Shown here piece by piece: positions 39,773 to 52,985 of a stretch of DNA of 64,000 nucleotides. This stretch comes from Macrostomum hystrix. Lineage: Eukaryota > Animalia > Platyhelminthes. The notes under the pieces are model-generated. The model did no database searches and was not told the origin of the DNA. It saw nothing but the letters and a program-made list of their open reading frames with translations. Each line of letters begins with the position of its first letter. Position 1 is the stretch's first letter. Made by a program: the position numbers and the translations under genes. The DNA is taken from the NCBI GenBank assembly GCA_950097015.1, contig CATNEN010000007.1:7874001-7938000 (forward strand), given 5' to 3'.

Positions 39773-40405
39773 AGTTAGACTACAATGCACGTTAATTAGA
39801 CCATAATTCAGTTTAATTAGACTACAATGCAGGTTAATTAGACTACAATGCAGGTTAATTAGACTACAATTAAAGTTAATTAGACTACAATTAAAGTTAA
39901 TTAGACTACAATGAAAGTTAATTAGACTACAATTAAAGTTAATTAGACTACAATTAAAGTTAATTAGACTACAATGAAAGTTAATTAGACTACAATGCAG
40001 GTTAATTAGACTACAATTAAAGTTAATTAGACTACAATTAAAGTTAATTAGACTACAATTAAAGTTAATTAGACTACAAGAAAATTAATTAGACTACAAT
40101 GAAAGTTAATTAGACTACAATTAAAGTTAATTAGACTACAATTAAAGTTAATTAGACTACAATTAAAGTTAATTAGACTACAATTAAAGTTAATTAGACT
40201 ACAATGCAGGTTAATTAGACTACAATTAAAGTTAATTAGACTACAATTAAAGTTAATTGGACTACAATGAAAGTTAATTAGACTACAATTAAAGTTAATT
40301 AGACTACAATGCAGGTTAATTAGACTACAATGCAGGTTAATTAGACTACAATTAAAGTTAATTAGACTACAATTAAAGTTAATTAGACTACAATGCAGGT
40401 TAATT
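39773..40405. repeat. 21-bp minisatellite gttaattagactacaattaaa
   Basis: About 30 copies starting ~120 nt after the LZTS stop codon. Confidence 0.95.
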
Positions 40406-41114
40406 GTGTTGGTATTGAGGTGAATTAAAGGCTAAATGGTTCAGGTGTACTGCGCTGTAGAGAATTGTATGAGAACTGTAGAGAAGTGTCCAGCTTTTTG
40501 CTATTTTGGTCTCGAGTGTTTTCTCCAGTGTTTCCGCAGACGATGTGTACAATGGCAACCTGGCCCTCTTTGTATTTTCCTAGTGTATACTTTTTGCAAA
40601 CTGTTGTTTCAATTGTGCATTAAGCGACTTTTAACTGCAATACTTAATGCTCTAGATATCAACGCTTTTTTCTACCTAAGCTTTGAAACTTGATCTCTTG
40701 TTTATCTAACTGCTCAGCTGTAGACTGATGCTTGACTGGCAATTATTTTCTACACCCTATTGTATGCTAACGTATTGTTTCATATTTCATTTCTCTATTG
40801 ATTGTCTTTTTTTAGAAATGCTCGTCTGTACAGCTGGCCCAATCAGTTTTGCTCTTGTCATTTTTCTATGCCTGCACTATTTTTTAATTTGCATTGATAC
40901 TTGTCTTATTGATTGTAAATACTTTACACAGTCCATTGTTTTTTCCTGATCATATATAAAGCCTTTTTCGTATTCTCTGCTTAAAGTGCAATGCGACTGT
41001 CTGCTACGCAATAACTATGCGCAGTTTCTGATCAGTGTTGACCTTTTCAGGTCCGTTAATAATCATAAAGACCGTTACTTTTTGAGCAGCTGGACTTGTA
41101 ACTAGGATCCGAGT

Positions 41115-42560
41115 TAGGAGCGGAATGGAGCCTGAGTGAGGGGCGGAATGGTACCTGAGTGAGGAGCAGAATGGTACCTGAGTGAGGGGCGGAATGCAGT
41201 CTGAGTGAGGGGCGGAATGGTGTCTGAGTGAGGGGCGGAATGGTGTCTGAGTGAGGGGCGGAATGGTTTCTGAGTGAGGGGCGGAATGGTGTCTGAGTGA
41301 GGGGCGGAATGCAGTCTGAGTGAGGGGCGGAATGCAGTCTGAGTGAGGGGCGGAATGCAGTCTGAGTGAGGGGCGGAATGGTGTCTGAGTGAGGGGCGGA
41401 ATGGAGTCTGAGTGAGGGGCGGAATGGTGTCTGAGTGATGGGCGGAATGGAGTCTGAGTGAGGGGCGGAATGGTACCTGAGTGAGGAGCGGAATGGTACC
41501 TGAGTCAGGGGCGGAATGGTACCTGAGTGAGGGGCGGAATGGTTTCTGAGTGAGGGGCGGAATGCAGTCTGAGTGAGGGGCGGAATGCAGTCTGAGTGAG
41601 GGGCGGAATGGTGTCTGAGTGAGGGGCGGAATGGAGTCTGAGTGAGGGGCGGAATGGTACCTGAGTGAGGGGCGGAATGGTACCTGAGTGAGGGGCGGAA
41701 TGGTACCTGAGTGAGGGGCGGAATGGTTTCTGAGTGAGGGGCGGAATGGTGTCTGAGTGAGGGGCGGAATGGTGTCTGAGTGAGGGGCGGAATGGTGCCT
41801 GAGTGAGTGAGGGGCGGAATGGTACCTGAGTGAGGGGCGGAATGGTACCTGAGTGAGGGGCGGAATGGTGTCTGAGTGAGGGGCGGAATGGTGTCTGAGT
41901 GAGGGGCGGAATGCAGTCTGAGTGAGGGGCGGAATGGTACCTGAGTGAGGGGCGGAATGGTACCTGAGTGAGGGGCGGAATGGTGTCTGAGTGAGGGGCG
42001 GAATGGTTTCTGAGTGAGGGGCGGAATGGTTTCTGAGTGAGGGGCGGAATGGTGTCTGAGTGAGGGGCGGAATGGTGTCTGAGTGAGGGGCGGAATGGTG
42101 CCTGAGTGAGTGAGGGGCGGAATGGTACCTGAGTGAGGGGCGGAATGGTACCTGAGTGAGGGGCGGAATGGTACCTGAGTGAGGGGCGGAATGGTGTCTG
42201 AGTGAGGGGCGGAATGGTGTCTGAGTGAGGGGCGGAATGCAGTCTGAGTGAGGGGCGGAATGGTACCTGAGTGAGGGGCGGAATGGTACCTGAGTGAGGG
42301 GCGGAATGGTGTCTGAGTGAGGGGCGGAATGGTTTCTGAGTGAGGGGCGGAATGGTTTCTGAGTGAGGGGCGGAATGGTGTCTGAGTGAGGGGCGGAATG
42401 GTGTCTGAGTGAGGGGCGGAATGGTGCCTGAGTGAGTGAGGGGCGGAATGGTACCTGAGTGAGGGGCGGAATGGTACCTGAGTGAGGGGCGGAATGGTAC
42501 CTGAGTGAGGGGCGGAATGGTACCTGAGTGAGGGGGGGAATGCAGTCTGAGTGTAGGGTG
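41115..42560. repeat. 23-bp variant-repeat minisatellite tgagtgaggggcggaatg-N5 with higher-order structure
   Basis: About 60 units with an invariant 18-mer and a variable 5-mer. Confidence 0.95.
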
Positions 42561-43935
42561 GAACCGGGTCATGCTGCTACAAGCGCAGATAAATATCGCA
42601 AATGTTCTTACCTGATCGTTCTCTCATCGGATACGGAGTTGGAACCCTTGGCTCCGGTTCGGACCTAAAGAAGTACTTTTATAAATGTTGTGCAACACTG
42701 CTCACTGACTAGTCAAAGCTTTATTAGCTTTTGCAATATGTATCCCAATAGAAGCCTTTAATACGCAAGTAATTCTGTTATATATCCGCAGCTGTAAATA
42801 GGCTTCTATTTTATTGTTTCACTGAAGGTTTTTTATTTTTTGGTTGTCCTGTTCGGTGTCAATGTGTTGGTCAATTTAATTCCAATCTTTGCCTATTCCA
42901 GTGCTCCAGCTAATTTTCTTTTTAATATGCCAACGTATTATCCATATTCCACTACTTAGTTTTTTAAACTCCACTAAGCTTTATTAACAATGTAATTTAT
43001 AGTGATACATAATTGAGTCGCTGCAGATTGCTTAAATGCAACCTTGCTAAACTTTAAATAAAGTGACCTTTCTGAATCGGAACGCTTCAGCTATCCCCTC
43101 CAGTTTTTACACTGATTATGCAAGACGGGTGCAGTTTTTGCATTCCTGTGTTATAAAAATCAATTATGAATTCTTACAGCGTTGCTCTCATTTTTATAAC
43201 GAATTTGCCAATCGCGGTAGGGGCAGTTATTTCAACCTCCCCTTTTCAAGTAGACAAAAAGCCTTAGAGGAACAGAGGAAGACGTGGGACACGCAGCGGA
43301 GCATTGTGAACTGCCTACCGGCTTCCGTTTGATAACCCGCTGCTAGCCGTCTTGCGTAACCCGCACACCGATCGGCCAGTTTAAAATGCGGGCCATCGGA
43401 GCACAAAGGGCCGCGGGAGCTTCTGCCTTTGTATATAATTTATCTTGGCCCGATAGATCAATAATCTATTGAACAGGAATGGCTGGCGGTCTCTGCAGCG
43501 GGTGACGCAACCGCTACATGCACACTGAAGCCATATGCCTCCCATATTTCCCAATGTAAATAATCAGCAACACTAACGATAGGACAGGGCATAATTTCCT
43601 ATTCAAAAGTTAAAATGCGCCAACAGACGAATCTCAGTGAGTCATTTATTAATAAGCACGAACCTGTGCCTACAAATGCTAGCAAATCAATGCAAAAGTG
43701 CTGCAATAGTTTATAGTCGCACTCTCTTGAGGGAAGGCCTGTTAGAATTAGCACCGCAGCAGAATTTCATTGACTGAAACCCGATACACCAAGACACAAG
43801 CAATATGGCACACAGTCTGCTAATATTACTAATGCCGCTGCACCACTGCGCAGTTGGCACTCAACGGTAAAGCTACTGGCAAATAATAAAATATTCACAG
43901 GCTAAAGCTCGTGTCAGAGAAGGTCACACCGCAGG

Positions 43936-46042
43936 TCAAGTCGCTGACGCCTTCAGTCTCGCCACTTTGATCTGCCGGCCATTGCTGGACTTCTCTGCGA
44001 CCAGCTCGCAGCCGATGGCCTTCAACAACCGGTGCAGCTTGTCCGAGGCCAGCCTGAACTCGGACATAAGGCCGGCGGTCTCGGTGACGAAGCCGTCCAG
44101 CTGAAGGCACAGGATGATCATGTGCATCAACTGCTTGTCCTTCATTATCTTCGGGAGGGCCCGCTGCTGCTGGCCGGAGCCGGCGGTCATCTGAGACAGA
44201 AACAATGGAAAAGTCTTTAGAAAACGGCTTACCTACTACTGACAGTAGGAATGAGGCGCATGAGTTAAAAGGAAAGTGTCAATCGAGGATAAATAACAGA
44301 AGGTCGGCAGGCTCGTGATTCGTGGAAAAAACAGAAATTTCGCCGATTTTAGGCAAAAATGTGTTTAGAAAAAAACGTTTTTAAATGCGAATTTCACACA
44401 TTCTGAACAATTTTAAACTAGGTGCAGTGTTAACACTTTAGTATGTCATATTTAGCTGAAGAGGCTGGCAAACAAAACAAAAAATTGGATGATTTGGCAT
44501 TGTTTCAGAGGGATATATGTCTATGGCCAAAACGTATTTACACACACAGCAGCCGCCTCGCTGTTTTCCACGAACCTAGAGTCTGGCATTACATAGAGTC
44601 TGGCGTCACCTAGAGTCTGGCGTCACCTAGAGTCTGGCTTCACCTAGAGTCTGGCGTCACCTAGAGTCTGGCTTCACCTAGAGTCTGGCGTCACCTAGAG
44701 TCTGGCGGCATCTAGAGTCTGGCGTCACCTAGAGTCTGGCGGCATCTAGAGTCTGGCGTCACCTAGAGTCTGGCGTCACCTAGAGTCTGGCGTCCTTCTG
44801 CTATAATAGTCCCTGGCATCAAAAAAGTAACATTTTAATTACCTGCAAAGTGTAATTAGCCAGCAGGTGGCTCCCAACTTCCTCCGGCAGGTCGGGCAGA
44901 GCGCCCTTCCTGTTCACCATTTTGAAGGTAAAGCCGTAGAACCGGCGCATGCAGGCCAGCATGGCCAGGCGCACGCAGTGGCTCAGCCGAGCTGCCGGCT
45001 CCGTTGGCGCCTGCGGCAGCCGCTGCAGCACCAGCGCGTCCGGGTAGGCCCCCTCCGAGCGCCAGGCGGCCCAGTCAGCCGGGCCGGAGGCGGCAAGGCG
45101 CTCCGCCTCGGGCAGCAGGGCGGCCCGCAGCTTGGCCGGGCAGACAGCCTCCGGGCCATAGACAGTGGCCGGCTGGCTGGCCGCTGGGTTGCGGGGTGGG
45201 AGCAGCGCAGCGGTCGGATCATTGCTAAAGTCGGCCGCACCGTTAGCTCCAGTGACCTCGCCGCTAGCACCGGTGGGCGCGGCTGCGTCCAGGCGCTTAT
45301 TCGCGGCGGCCACGGCGGCTTTGAGGTCGCGCGAGGTCACGCTGGCGTTCAGCCGCTTGGCCTCAGCGATGCGCCGCTTCTTGGCGGAGCTGCCGAACTC
45401 CTCGTACATCGCCGTCGCCGCCTGCTGAGCTGTGCGCTTTCGTCTGGTCGCGGCGGCCGCCTCGGCATCCGGTGCATCAAGGACACACTGCGGCAGGAAG
45501 CGTACGGCGTCGACAGAGGAGGAGACAATGGAGACGCGGCCGGAGCTGCTGTCCCGGCTTAGCAGTACGAGGCGAGTGGCACCGGCCAGGCGGGAGTCGT
45601 GGCGGCCCGTCCAGTGAAGGCCGCTGGCTGTGCGGCACGACTGGGAAAATAAAGAGTAGATATGTAGGCAAGGTAGACGGCGCGAGTTACTATTGTTTGA
45701 TTGACGAGTATATTAATAAACGCCTCATCATACAAATAGCACCGCTCTTACATAAGCTTTCTCCGTGTTTTCCGCATTTCGTTGCACAGAGATCTCCAAG
45801 TCTTTCTTGTCTTCGGCGCTGATTTGCGACGAGAAGTAGGCTGAAAAGTTGAGTAAATAAATGCTATATTTATAGTAGGTTAGAACTTATCTTTCCGTTG
45901 CATTAACAAAGTCATCCATGGACAAACATATCTGATCGAGCTACAGGCAATTCACGTAAAAAACAGGTAGTCAGTCTATATTTAAGGATAACTTACCAAC
46001 AGCGTATTTGGTATTTGACTTGGCTTGGTCAACCTTCACCAT
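43936..46042 (-). CDS. POLR1E: RNA polymerase I subunit RPA49/PAF53, 4 exons, ~395 aa
   Basis: Exons 46042-45997, 45840-45752, 45640-44843, 44190-43936 in phase. Motifs EEFGSSAKKRRI, LLPPRNPAA..P.TVY, KDKQLMHMIILCL, LLKAIGC and KVARLK are typical of A49. Confidence 0.8.
44575..44793. repeat. 17-bp minisatellite cacctagagtctggcgt
   Basis: Tandem copies in a POLR1E intron. Confidence 0.9.
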
Positions 46043-46174
46043 GGTTTAAAATATGATTCAATCACGGCTGCTCAGTGCAGTCCGGAGCTGTGCCTGCGGG
46101 CTGGCTGAAATTAACGGCTTTAAATCATATCCATTTAATAGCGTATGAAAAAGCAGAGGCCCTTACGGAAAGCC

Positions 46175-46255
46175 AGTCAGACAGCCAGAGAGACAGAGAG
46201 ACAGACGGACGCACAGGCAGACACCCAGGAAAAACAGACAGACAGACAGGCAGGC

Positions 46256-46322
<67 letters not shown>

Positions 46323-46331
46323 GAGACAGGC

Positions 46332-46374
<43 letters not shown>

Positions 46375-46529
46375 GAGACAGACGGACACACAGGCAGACA
46401 CCCAGGACAAACAGACAGGCAGACACCCAGGACAAACAGACAGACAGACAGGCAGACAGACAGACAGACAGGCAGACAGACAGGCAGACAGACAGACAGA
46501 CAGACAGACAGACAGGCAGACAGGCAGGC

Positions 46530-46568
<39 letters not shown>

Positions 46569-46880
46569 GAGACAGGCAGACAGACAGACAGACAGACAGA
46601 GAGACAGACAGACAGAGAGACAGACGGACACACAGGCAGACAGGCAGGACAAACAGTCAGACAGACAGACAGACAGAGAGACAGGCAGACAGACAGACAG
46701 ACAGACAGAGAGACAGACAGACAGAGAGACAGACGGACACACAGGCAGACACCCAGGACAAACAGTCAGACAGACAGACAGACAGAGAGACAGGCAGACA
46801 GACAGACAGACAGACAGACAGACAGGCAGACAGACAGACAGGCAGGCAGACAGACAGACAGACATACAGACAGACAAGCA
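46175..46880. repeat. (GACA)n compound microsatellite
   Basis: Visible directly; lies upstream of the POLR1E ATG. Confidence 0.95.
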
Positions 46881-47604
46881 GGCTTACAGAAAAGATGAGT
46901 AAAGCACAAATGTCTACAAAAGTCAGTGATAGCAAATAGTTCAAACTGAAATAACTAGGAGACAACAGGAGAGCACGGTTTAAGCATCAGCAAGAATCAT
47001 TATTGGTTGGCATTATATATTTTTTAGTTCAGGTTGGATATCAACACGAGAGTTTCAACTAAACCATCATATTAAATAACGAACTATGAGTGCAATAAAT
47101 ATGCAGAGAAATAATATATATAATTATATATATATAAGCAGATTCTCAGAAAAACAGCAAACTTCGGACGAATAGGTATAAAATTAATCAATCATGAGAA
47201 TTTACGATGAAAAAAGAAGTTAAACAAGGTAATGCTTCAAATCAGTAAGCGAAAACTCGCATTAGTAATGTTTGATCTGGAAGAAACTGGGATGCGGAAC
47301 GGCGAGAAATCAATAGGCCTTAACCGCTTTCAATCATTGTTAGTAGCTCCAGGAATATTTAACTGTTTGCAAACGTCCTAAGAACTACACTGCTTAAATA
47401 TGCAGAAACAAGTGACAAATCTCGAATAAGCAGCAGAGTACAATACAAGACCGCATTAATAATGATTCATTTCATATATGAATATTTTCTGTTATAAATA
47501 GAACAGCGCCGAATGTACTTTGGGTTACTGAAACTGGGATAAAAGAACAACTGTCCAGAAAAAGGCTGTCGAATTAAATTCAGCAACAATACCCACCAAC
47601 CATC

Positions 47605-48210
47605 GCTGACACAGCGTCGGAATCGACACCCACCCCACCTCCGCTGACACTAGCGTCTGAATCGACACTCACCCCACCTCTGCTGACACTAGCGTCTGAA
47701 TTGACAACCACCCCACCTCCGCTGACACTAGCGTCTGAATCGACAGCCTTGCGGGGGGGTGGCTGGAGGGCGGGTGTACACCGCCGCGCGCTTTCTGGAC
47801 TTCCGTCAGCGCGATTGGATAAGTTTACACTCATCACCCGGCCCTCCCTGAGGACTGATTTCTTATCAGCCTTCCGCCCCGGCTTGGTCTGCTATGTGCG
47901 TGTGGGGCTGGGGTGGGGGACGCTGCTGCCTATTCTGGGTGCCTCCTGCCCTCCCCGGCTGGTCTGTGCTGCTGTGTGTGGTGCCTGCTCAGGGGAGGCG
48001 GCGCGATGGGCGCAAAAGCGCCTAGTTCGCCGGTCTGGGGGCGTGCCGCTCCGTCGCTTGTGCGACAAGTGCCCCGGGCCCCCCTGCAAAATAGATAGAT
48101 AGTAGATAGACACCCACCCCACCTCCGCTGACACTAGCGTCTGAATCGACACCCACCCCACCTCCGCTGACACTATCGTCTGAATCGACACCCACCCACC
48201 TCCGCTATAA
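47605..48210. repeat. 39-bp minisatellite interrupted by a GC-rich insertion
   Basis: Units gacacccaccccacctccgctgacactagcgtctgaatc at 47605-47745 and 48109-48210. Confidence 0.75.
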
Positions 48211-48493
48211 CTGGCGCCATAAACAACACCTACCCCATCCCCGCTGACAAAAGCATCTTAACAGACACCCACTAAACCTTCGCTAGCGCCTAGATTTCTG
48301 ATCAATAATTATTTAAGAATTTCTCACACGTGTGTAGTGTTCCTTAGATTTTTATTCGGACATCAGGAGTACAGAAAAATAAACCGGCTGGATAAAAGTG
48401 AATTGTAACAGCCAGCGTAAAAAATAGACACAAGAGCCAGGCAAACAGTTTACAGCAACTAGCAGTCGCTGGTGATTCAGATCTCGCCATGGA

Positions 48494-49747
48494 TTAGGTC
48501 ATGGCGCCAAACACGGGGTTGTGACGGCAGATGCTGGCGCCGTACTCCATGTACTGCTCCTTGGTGTGCGACACGGAGTAGAACTCGTTGGTTGAGGCCA
48601 CCAAGGAGCCGCCGAACCAGACGGCGTAGCGCTGCTTGGCGTGCGAGAACACGTTCACCTCGATGGGCGTCGGCTTCTGGCCGCTGAACGCCTCCACAGC
48701 CTTCAGTCTACTGTCCGAGGCCCGCTTAATATCGCGCTGCAGCCGCTTGCCGAGGTCCTTAAACATGCTGGAGCCGCCACTGAGCACAATGTTCTTGTAG
48801 AGGCCGCGCCTGTTGTCAATGGGGCAGGCCTGCACCACATTGTCCACAGCCTCGGACAGTGGCGTCTGGAAGTCCGGGTTAGCGAACTCGGGGTGGAAGA
48901 AGATCTCAGGCGCCAGAAATCTCTCGTAGCCGACGTCCACAGTGAATGGCGTGTTGGTGACGGGATTGACTCCGGTGTACTGCTTGATCCACTTGCCACT
49001 CTCGACGTCGTACTTGTTGAACTCTTTTGCGATGTCCGGGCAGACATAGCAGAAGCGCTCCTTGATTGCCTTGGCGGTGTCCATGCTCATGTCCGGCGGG
49101 ATGCCGACCTCGCGGTCACGCAGCAGCTGCTGGATGAAGAACGTGATGTCGCGGCCGGCAATGGGAATGTGCTGAATGCAGCTGCCGATAACGTAGCCGT
49201 CGGCCACCGGGATGACGTGGGTGACGCCGTCGCCGGAGTCGATTACAACGCCGGTGAGGGTGCGATCGCCCTCTGGGCGGGTTGTCCAGCTGGCGGCCAG
49301 AGCCAGCACAGCCTGAACGGCGATGTACAGTCCGGGCACGTTGAATGTTTCAAACATAATCTCGGCTGTGTACTCGCGATTCTCCGGCGTGTTCAGCGGC
49401 GGCTCAGTCAGCAGGAAGTAATGATCTTCCGGCTCCGCACGCAGGTACTTGAAGATTACCTGCTCATAGAAGCGCTCCATGAGGTCCCAATCGTCGACCT
49501 GGCCATGCCGGATGGGCCACTTGGTGGCGTATGTGCTGGACATCGACAGCGCCTCGTCGCCGATCAAGAAGTTTAGATCGTCCAGGCCGGTGCCTAGGCG
49601 CCTAGCATCCTTGTTGCCAACCTTGGCGGCCTCCTTGATGCCGATGCAGCTGGGCATAATGAATTGCGGCTCGCTGTTGCCAGCGTAGCCCATCTTGGAG
49701 TAGCCAGTGCCATTGTCAATCACAACCGCTGGTAGTCTGCCCGCCAT
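48494..49747 (-). CDS. ACTR3: Actin-related protein 3 (Arp2/3 complex), intronless CDS, 417 aa
   Basis: [42 protein letters not shown]-terminus [11 protein letters not shown]. Confidence 0.97.
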   Translation of the reverse strand: MAGRLPAVVIDNGTGYSKMGYAGNSEPQFIMPSCIGIKEAAKVGNKDARRLGTGLDDLNFLIGDEALSMSSTYATKWPIRHGQVDDWDLMERFYEQVIFKYLRAEPEDHYFLLTEPPLNTPENREYTAEIMFETFNVPGLYIAVQAVLALAASWTTRPEGDRTLTGVVIDSGDGVTHVIPVADGYVIGSCIQHIPIAGRDITFFIQQLLRDREVGIPPDMSMDTAKAIKERFCYVCPDIAKEFNKYDVESGKWIKQYTGVNPVTNTPFTVDVGYERFLAPEIFFHPEFANPDFQTPLSEAVDNVVQACPIDNRRGLYKNIVLSGGSSMFKDLGKRLQRDIKRASDSRLKAVEAFSGQKPTPIEVNVFSHAKQRYAVWFGGSLVASTNEFYSVSHTKEQYMEYGASICRHNPVFGAMT

Positions 49748-50812
49748 GCTGCCGTTGGCTTTTCTGTTACTGTGGAATTTTAGGCACAGGGCGAATAGTT
49801 TAGAGACATTGCGAAATGGCTGGCACAAAATCCTATTGTTAAAACTGGGGCAGCACAATCCGGATTATCTCAGCTCTCCCGTGTCATCTTTACGGTCTTA
49901 AATCTTTCTTATCTTATCTCTTCTGCCTCACATCCGCCTTTGCCTCATATCTCCGACTAATCTCTCCCGTGGCTCACATCTCCCCGTCTTTTCTCACTCC
50001 TATCTCATATCTCCCTGTCTCATCTCTGCCGTGTATCATCTATCCCATGTCTCATCTCTCCCGTGTCTCATCTCTCACTGTTTGCCGACCCTGGACTTCA
50101 CTCTATAGAGATAAACTTAAGCTTGATTTACGGTGGTAGAGCGTGAGAGAAAGAGAAAGGTAGTTAGATACAGGAAAAGGGGTTGAAGATCCCCTGTCTT
50201 CAAGATAAAGGGCAGATGTTGGCACGAGTTTCTAGCATAGTAGATAGGACACTGATTTCATTAATAAAAAGAAGACTAGAAAGCAAACAAAATATAAACA
50301 GAAACTGTGCTATATTAGTAGTAATTTACATATAGAAGTATATAAAGTGCATCGCAAGAGCGCCTCGAACTATTTTACGATATATAGAAGTCTCGCCGAT
50401 GAATTTTTCTAAATGGTACACTCATACTCGGTTAAATCGGGGAAGCTATGCAAATTTAGGTTGTAAAAATGGAGACAGATATAAGGGAGGGGAGCTAGCG
50501 CGTGCTAGGTAAAAAAACAAAAACAGTGATTTTTTGCTAGTCAGCAACTTGATGCTCCGCGCTGGAGCTGAAATAAAAATGGGAGCGAAAAGCAACGAAA
50601 AAGGTATTTATAATAAAACGGGGGCGAGGGAAGAGGACAAAACAAAAGCTCGCCCCAGGGACAAGAGAAAGACCTGCGCTTCAACGAAGTAGAGAATAAT
50701 TAAAGATTTAGGGAATTTCCTCTAGTACTACAAATTTACACTTAAAATAAACAGAAAACGATTTTTAGGTTCGAATATACTAACGGTGCATTAGGGCTGG
50801 TGTCTTTTAGGG

Positions 50813-51590
50813 ATGGTGTGTTTGGGGGTTCTGTGTTTGGGGTTGGTGTGTTTGGGGCTGGAGTGTTTGGGGTTGGTGTGTTTGGGGCTGGAGTGTTTGG
50901 GGTTGGTGTGTTTGGGGGTTCTGTGGTTGGGGTGTTTGGGGTTGGTGTGTTTGGGGCTGGAGTGTTTGGGGTTGGGGTGTTTGGGGGTTCTTTGGTTGGG
51001 GTTGGTGTGTTTGGGGGTTCTGTGGTTGGGGTTGGGGTGTTTGGGGTTGGTGTGTTTGGGGCTGGAGTGTTTGGGGCTGGTGTGTTTGGGGGTTCTTTGG
51101 TTGGGGTTGGTGTGTTTGGGGGTTCTTTGGTTGGGGTTGTGGTGTTTGGGGCTGGAGTGTTTGGGGTTGGTGTGTTTGGGGGTTCTTTGGTTGGGGTTGG
51201 TGTGTTTGGGGGTTCTGTGTTTGGGGTTGGTGTGTTTGGGGGTTCAGTGGTTGGGGTTGGTGTGTTTGGGGCTGGAGTGTTTGGGGTTGGGGTGTTTGGG
51301 GGTTCTGTGTTTAGGGTTGGTGTGTTTGGGGGTTCTGTGTTTGGGGTTGGTGTGTTTGGGGGTTCAGTGGTTGGGGTTGGTGTGTTTTGGGTTGGTGTGT
51401 TTGGGGTTGGTGTGTTTTGGGTTGGTGTGTTTGGGGGTTGGTGTGTTTGGGGTTGGTGTGTTTGGGGTTGGTGTGTTTTGGGTTGGTGTGTTTGGGGGTT
51501 GGTGTGTTTGGGGTTGGTGTGTTTGGGGTTGGTGTGTTTGGGGTTGGTGTGTTTGGGGTTGGAGTGTTTGGGGTTGGAGTGTTTGGTCGG
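50813..51590. repeat. G/T-rich 15-bp minisatellite ggggttggtgtgttt
   Basis: Tandem copies with regular G4 runs. Confidence 0.95.
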
Positions 51591-52477
51591 TTGGTGTATT
51601 TTGAGGCTGGGGGAACGCTTTTCAAATTACTTTTGATTGCTGTTAATTAGGGTGTCACAATTGACTACCTGTTTTTGTTGGTTACTAGCGCACTCCTAGT
51701 TTTCAGGGCTTCTTACTGTGTACGAAGGAACATGAGATGAAAATGAAATAAAAATGGTTTTCATTTGGACTCAAGGCCATGAGCAGTAAAACGCACAAAT
51801 TGCGAACGAAACAACTTCATGGGTGGCTTGGATCATAAGGGGCGTGCTGGCTAGCTACGGTACACACGGAAGAGTGCATTGGACCTAGAAGAGCTACAAG
51901 CCTTACACTCGGACTACCTGACTGTGGTTATAAAAGAAAAAAAATAAAAATAAAGCAATAAAATGTGATTTCATCGGTATGAAGCAGGATAAAGTACACG
52001 TTAATAACAAGAAGCATTAGGATGAGAATCGATCAAGAAACAAAATTGAGACAAGTGAAATATCTGTCGCTAAGTAGCTCAGCAGACAGCCGCTTTTGCT
52101 GACAAACCATTCTGCTACATCTATTAGTCTAACTTCTTAGAAGGCAAATATAAGTAGAGCATAGTAGCAGCAATTGAACACGATGCACTCTAATTACAAT
52201 ATCGAATGATCAGCGCTTCCTTTAAAGTTGTCGGGCTATTTGTCTAGCTCTCAGCGGGACACTAGCTAAATTAGTCACTAATTGGTAGCGAATCGCAATA
52301 CCAATACAGGCCGACTGATTCAACTCAAAAGCTCCATAATAGATTTATCAATACAAATGTGATTGCAGTAAAACGACAAAAAAGCTGACGGATATCACTT
52401 TTCGATGGGGGCTGAACAAAACAGGTGCGAGCCCCAATAGACCCGATAAAGTCTTGAACAGCTGGGGGTGTTGAACA

Positions 52478-52985
52478 CAGGTGAAAAACTCGGACAGGTG
52501 AAGAACTCGGACAGTTGGGGAACTCGGACAGGTGAGGAACTCGGACAGTTGGGGAACCCGGACAGTTGGGGAACCCGGACGGTTGAGGAACTCGAACAGG
52601 TGAGGAATTCGGACAGGTGAGGAATTCAGACAGGTGAGGAATTCGGACAGTTGGGAACCCGGACAGTTGGGGAACCCGGACGGTTGAGGAACTCGAACAG
52701 GTGAGGAATTCGGACAGGTGAGGAATTCGGACAGGTGAGGAATTCGGACAGTTGGGGAACCCGGACGGTTGAGGAACTCGAACAGGTGAGGAATTCGAAC
52801 AGGTGAGGAATTCGGACAGGTGAGGAACTCGAACAGGTGAGGAATTCGGACAGGTGAGGAATTCGGACAGGTGAGGAATTCGGACAGTTGGGGAACCCGG
52901 ACGGTTGAAGAACTCGAACAGGTGAGGAATTCGGACAGGTGAGGAATTCAGACAGGTGAGAAACTCGGACAGTTGGGGAACCGGA
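52478..52985. repeat. 17-bp minisatellite cggacaggtgaggaatt
   Basis: Tandem variant copies. Confidence 0.9.

Noticed and set aside
41115-42560. CRISPR-like appearance (constant repeat plus variable segment)
   Set aside because: The variable part is only 5 nt and recurs; eukaryotic context with no cas genes; it is a minisatellite.
46075-46965. QTDR / SVCL repeat ORFs
   Set aside because: (GACA)n microsatellite.
48641-49576. Long antisense ORFs over ARP3 (similarly over RPS20, POLR1E and SLMAP)
   Set aside because: Shadow ORFs expected from GC3-rich coding sequence.
50800-51650. Gly/Val-rich elastin-like ORFs
   Set aside because: Stop-free G/T repeat with a frame slip; not a gene and not a true telomere.
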